Below, one piece after another: positions 62,001 to 64,000 of a stretch of DNA of 64,000 nt. Source of the stretch: Glaucostegus cemiculus (lineage: Eukaryota); contig CDPCPM010000010.1 of NCBI GenBank assembly GCA_976551045.1, positions 31,620,001 through 31,684,000 on the forward strand. Direction: 5' to 3'. The notes beneath the pieces were generated by a model that was not told the DNA's origin, did no database searches, and was given only the letters and a program-made list of their open reading frames with translations. The position numbers and the translations under genes were made by a program. Within the stretch, counting starts at the first letter, position 1. Each line of letters opens with the position of its first letter.

Positions 62001-63096
62001 GAATATCAGTGTTAGGATTGTTCCTGTTCGGTTTGAAGATGCCGGAGTTTACACATGTTCTACGGGATCATATAAACATGTGACCATTGAACTAATCACA
62101 GTCAGAGGTAGGAGACAGAATGTTGCAGCTTTTGATGACAGGTCATTGGGGAAGAGTTTCCACTTTCAATGCAGGCTGAGATCTCAGCACAAGTTTCCCC
62201 AAATACTTCCCCAATTTGAAAAGAGTTCCTTCTCCACCGGAACTGCTGCTCAAACTAATTTGCATTTTACTCGACAAAAGATTCACCTGGTGTTGAGGTT
62301 GTCCCAGTGGTTGGGGTGAAGGAGGCACCCAAAGGAGAACTGGTTGGTAAATAAATTAAAGGGTCCCTCCTGCATCCAGTTCCCATCACTGGTTTGGGAC
62401 CTGCTCAGGGAGGGTCCAATTAGTTAATGGAGTAGCATGTCTCACAAGGGGTTTGCAAACTTGCTGCAGCAGGACTGAGCTGTGGCCCCATGGATCACCA
62501 GCCCCAATGAAAATCCAGGCAGTGCATATCCACGTCCTCCGTGCGCAATGTGCTCGAGCACAGAGGGACCTGGGACAAAGCTGTGGTAACTTTTCTGAAA
62601 GTTTCACTCTAATCTTCTTAAAACCTGCCTTTAATTTCTTTTCACCCTGAAGTTCCAGTTTATTCTTGGAGCCACCTTGAAGCTTGAAAAGGATATCATT
62701 TCCAAAGTGATAGCAAAGGTTGTCCGTGATCCTTTGGGTTAGTTTGACAGACATCATGGTTTAAGAACACATTGGGTAGAAACTCCAGCTATTATTTTAA
62801 TTCTCAATGTATTTCTTCTTCCACAGCCACAGTTGAACCATCTGATGCAGTGACTGAGGGAGACAGTGTTACCCTGACCTGCTCTGTGTCTAAGGTCACC
62901 GAATCAATGAGACTTGTTTGGATCAATGGTGATGGCCAAATAGTGGGAGAAAAACTTTTGAGGGAGTCAAGGCAGGAAGATAAGTCTTTACAGCTGCTCA
63001 TTCCAAAAGCTGATGCAGACAAAAGGAAATGGACATGTGGTTTGTTTCACCAGAATACACTCAAGGTTTTCATTCCGAATTATCCAAAGAGGAATT
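49984..63096 (+). CDS. Gene C: IgSF receptor with leader plus at least 8 Ig domains, (V-C2-V-C2)x2; 3-prime end outside the window
   Basis: Exons 49984-50071, 50973-51314, 55046-55315, 56515-56853, 56931-57191, 58121-58465, 60675-60947, 61769-62107, 62827-63096; all GT-AG phase 1; 2527 nt open (842 codons + 1 nt). Confidence 0.78.
50973..51314 (+). CDS. Gene C D1 (Cys-less V-like domain)
   Basis: ccgacag|AA acceptor, g|gtgagt donor; ENRHQIYFLHEGEDVVLKAPANPGNGPVVWEWKP...FAGLFTLTQTQP...EIFGIK. Confidence 0.9.
51475..52630 (-). mobile_element. Rex1/Babar-type LINE, internally deleted
   Basis: DIFKLSF...VPSCFKKTWIVPVPKKS...LND...ITSTVIRCFESL RT N-terminal motifs. Confidence 0.72.
55046..55315 (+). 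CDS. Gene C D2 (C2-type Ig)
   Basis: cacag|TT, g|gtaagt; GSDVTLSC...LQW...EDGKLHVC. Confidence 0.92.
55930..56190 (-). mobile_element. RTE-clade LINE endonuclease fragment
   Basis: HGVGFAMK...ERLLTLSLPL...VTIIIPHSPT resembles the RTE APE motif GVGFAI...ERLMTLRLPL...SAYAPT. Confidence 0.68.
56515..56853 (+). CDS. Gene C D3 (V-set Ig)
   Basis: atacag|AT, g|gtagga; HSELHLIC...WTW...FEDAGIYKC. Confidence 0.93.
56931..57191 (+). CDS. Gene C D4 (C2-type Ig, Trp/Cys swapped)
   Basis: ccacag|TC after a 77-bp intron, g|gtaagt; EGDTVTLTC...LVC...NWRW. Confidence 0.88.
58121..58465 (+). CDS. Gene C D5 (second Cys-less D1-type domain)
   Basis: ttcctcgcag|CA, g|gtaagt; [34 protein letters not shown]...LAGLFSWTQTQP...EVFGIK. 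Confidence 0.88.
59250..59530 (+). mobile_element. V-SINE
   Basis: V-domain tttcctctgggtgctctggtttcctcccacattccaaaga; same 3-prime part as 25510-25825. Confidence 0.78.
60675..60947 (+). CDS. Gene C D6 (D2-type, F-strand Cys replaced by Trp)
   Basis: ccacag|TT, g|gtgagt; GSDITLSC...LHW...LNNTVYL...NLYTWE. Confidence 0.88.
61769..62107 (+). CDS. Gene C D7 (D3-type V-set Ig)
   Basis: cttgcag|AT, g|gtagga; DHSELDLIC...KWTW...FENRL...FEDAGVYTC. Confidence 0.92.
62827..63096 (+). CDS. Gene C D8 (D4-type C2 Ig with WxC)
   Basis: ccacag|CC, t|gtaagt; EGDSVTLTC...LVW...RKWTC. Confidence 0.9.
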
Positions 63097-63439
63097 GTAA
63101 GTATCTCAGCTTCTGCTCTGTGATTTCCACAAGAAAGTTGTTGCTATATTTTTGCTTCTAGCTTGTAATATTTGATGACTTCCTGTGGTTAGAGCTCAAT
63201 CATAAACAGTACTTTTATATCCCTGGAGTCCATTACATGCCTGGTGGGATACTTCTGTCATAGGCAGTTAAAGTTTCAAAAGCATGTAGGATAGACAGGG
63301 ATCACTGCTTCCTGTGGACCAAAAGCTGTGCTGGTACATTGAAGGTGATGCTGAATTTGCCTGCCCTTGCTTCTCAGTGATATTTGAGATATGAGAAGTA
63401 GTCCCTGTTTTATAGAGTGTTACTGTGAACCTTCATTGA

Positions 63440-63995
63440 CAGGAGACATTGCTGTTCAGTGGAACAGGTTGGTGGAGGAACTTTGTCCCACAGATGTTGA
63501 GGGTAATGCCCATCCTCTGGAAAGCTAACACCAAGATGGTCTCTGCAAGATCCCCCAAATTCACTGGAAGGATAAGTGAACCAATACTGGTGCCCTCCCC
63601 CAGACCAGCTTCCCCACCAAACCCTGAGTTACACTCAGTCAGTTCTGTTGGGCAGCCCACATTGGTCACATGTCCAACATCAGACTCTGAAACAGGCCTC
63701 GTGTTCTGAGCTCCTTCACGGGAGGAGGCTACAAGGTGGACAGAGGGAAAGATTGAAGGATGTACTCAAAGACTCCTTAAAAAAACTAACAACCCCGCTG
63801 ACATTTGGGGTGGCATTGGGAGCCTCAATTACCTGAGAGAGGAGCTGGCAGAAGCTTGAATAAACAATGGAAGGATCGCAACTCCTCACAAACTGCCCAC
63901 TCACCCACCCTGTCTGCTACCTGCTGCCTCAACTGTGGAAGAGTCTGTGGTTCCCATGTTGGCCTCATCAGTCACACCAGAATCCACAACACTGG
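63440..63995 (+). mobile_element. RTE-clade LINE 3-prime fragment
   Basis: ELLHGRRLQGGQRERLKDVLKDSLK followed by a degenerate zinc-finger-like end. Confidence 0.7.
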
Positions 63996-64000
63996 AGTGG

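Noticed and set aside
1-64000. Prokaryotic systems, CRISPR arrays, rRNA or true tRNA genes
   Set aside because: Sequence is spliceosomal-intron vertebrate DNA; tRNA-like A/B boxes belong to SINE heads; no regularly spaced repeat array seen.

Overview
Eukaryotic, intron-rich vertebrate DNA. The repeat complement (V-domain tRNA-SINEs, CR1, Rex/Babar, Penelope, L1, RTE) points to a cartilaginous fish (shark or ray); this is inference. Manual splicing of GT-AG, phase-1 exons shows a tandem + strand cluster of paralogous immunoglobulin-superfamily receptor genes with a CD4/LAG-3/G6F-like V-C2-V-C2 ectodomain. Gene A (14680-26595) is complete at 471 aa: leader, 4 Ig domains, a transmembrane helix with a central lysine and almost no tail, which is the design of an adaptor-coupled activating receptor. 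Gene B (32367-36655) has an intact leader, D1 and D2 followed by a decayed D3. A pseudogene relic lies at 39.7-40.4 kb. Gene C (49984 to beyond 63096) appears to encode at least 8 Ig domains (the four-domain block twice) and runs off the window. All four D1-type domains lack the canonical Ig disulfide and carry a hypervariable central patch, while the A and C leaders are identical. A ~0.5 kb module with ETS/RUNX-like sites and a splice donor recurs five times, in sense orientation upstream of A and C. There is one 145-N assembly gap. No database searches were possible, so family assignment and novelty are hypotheses.
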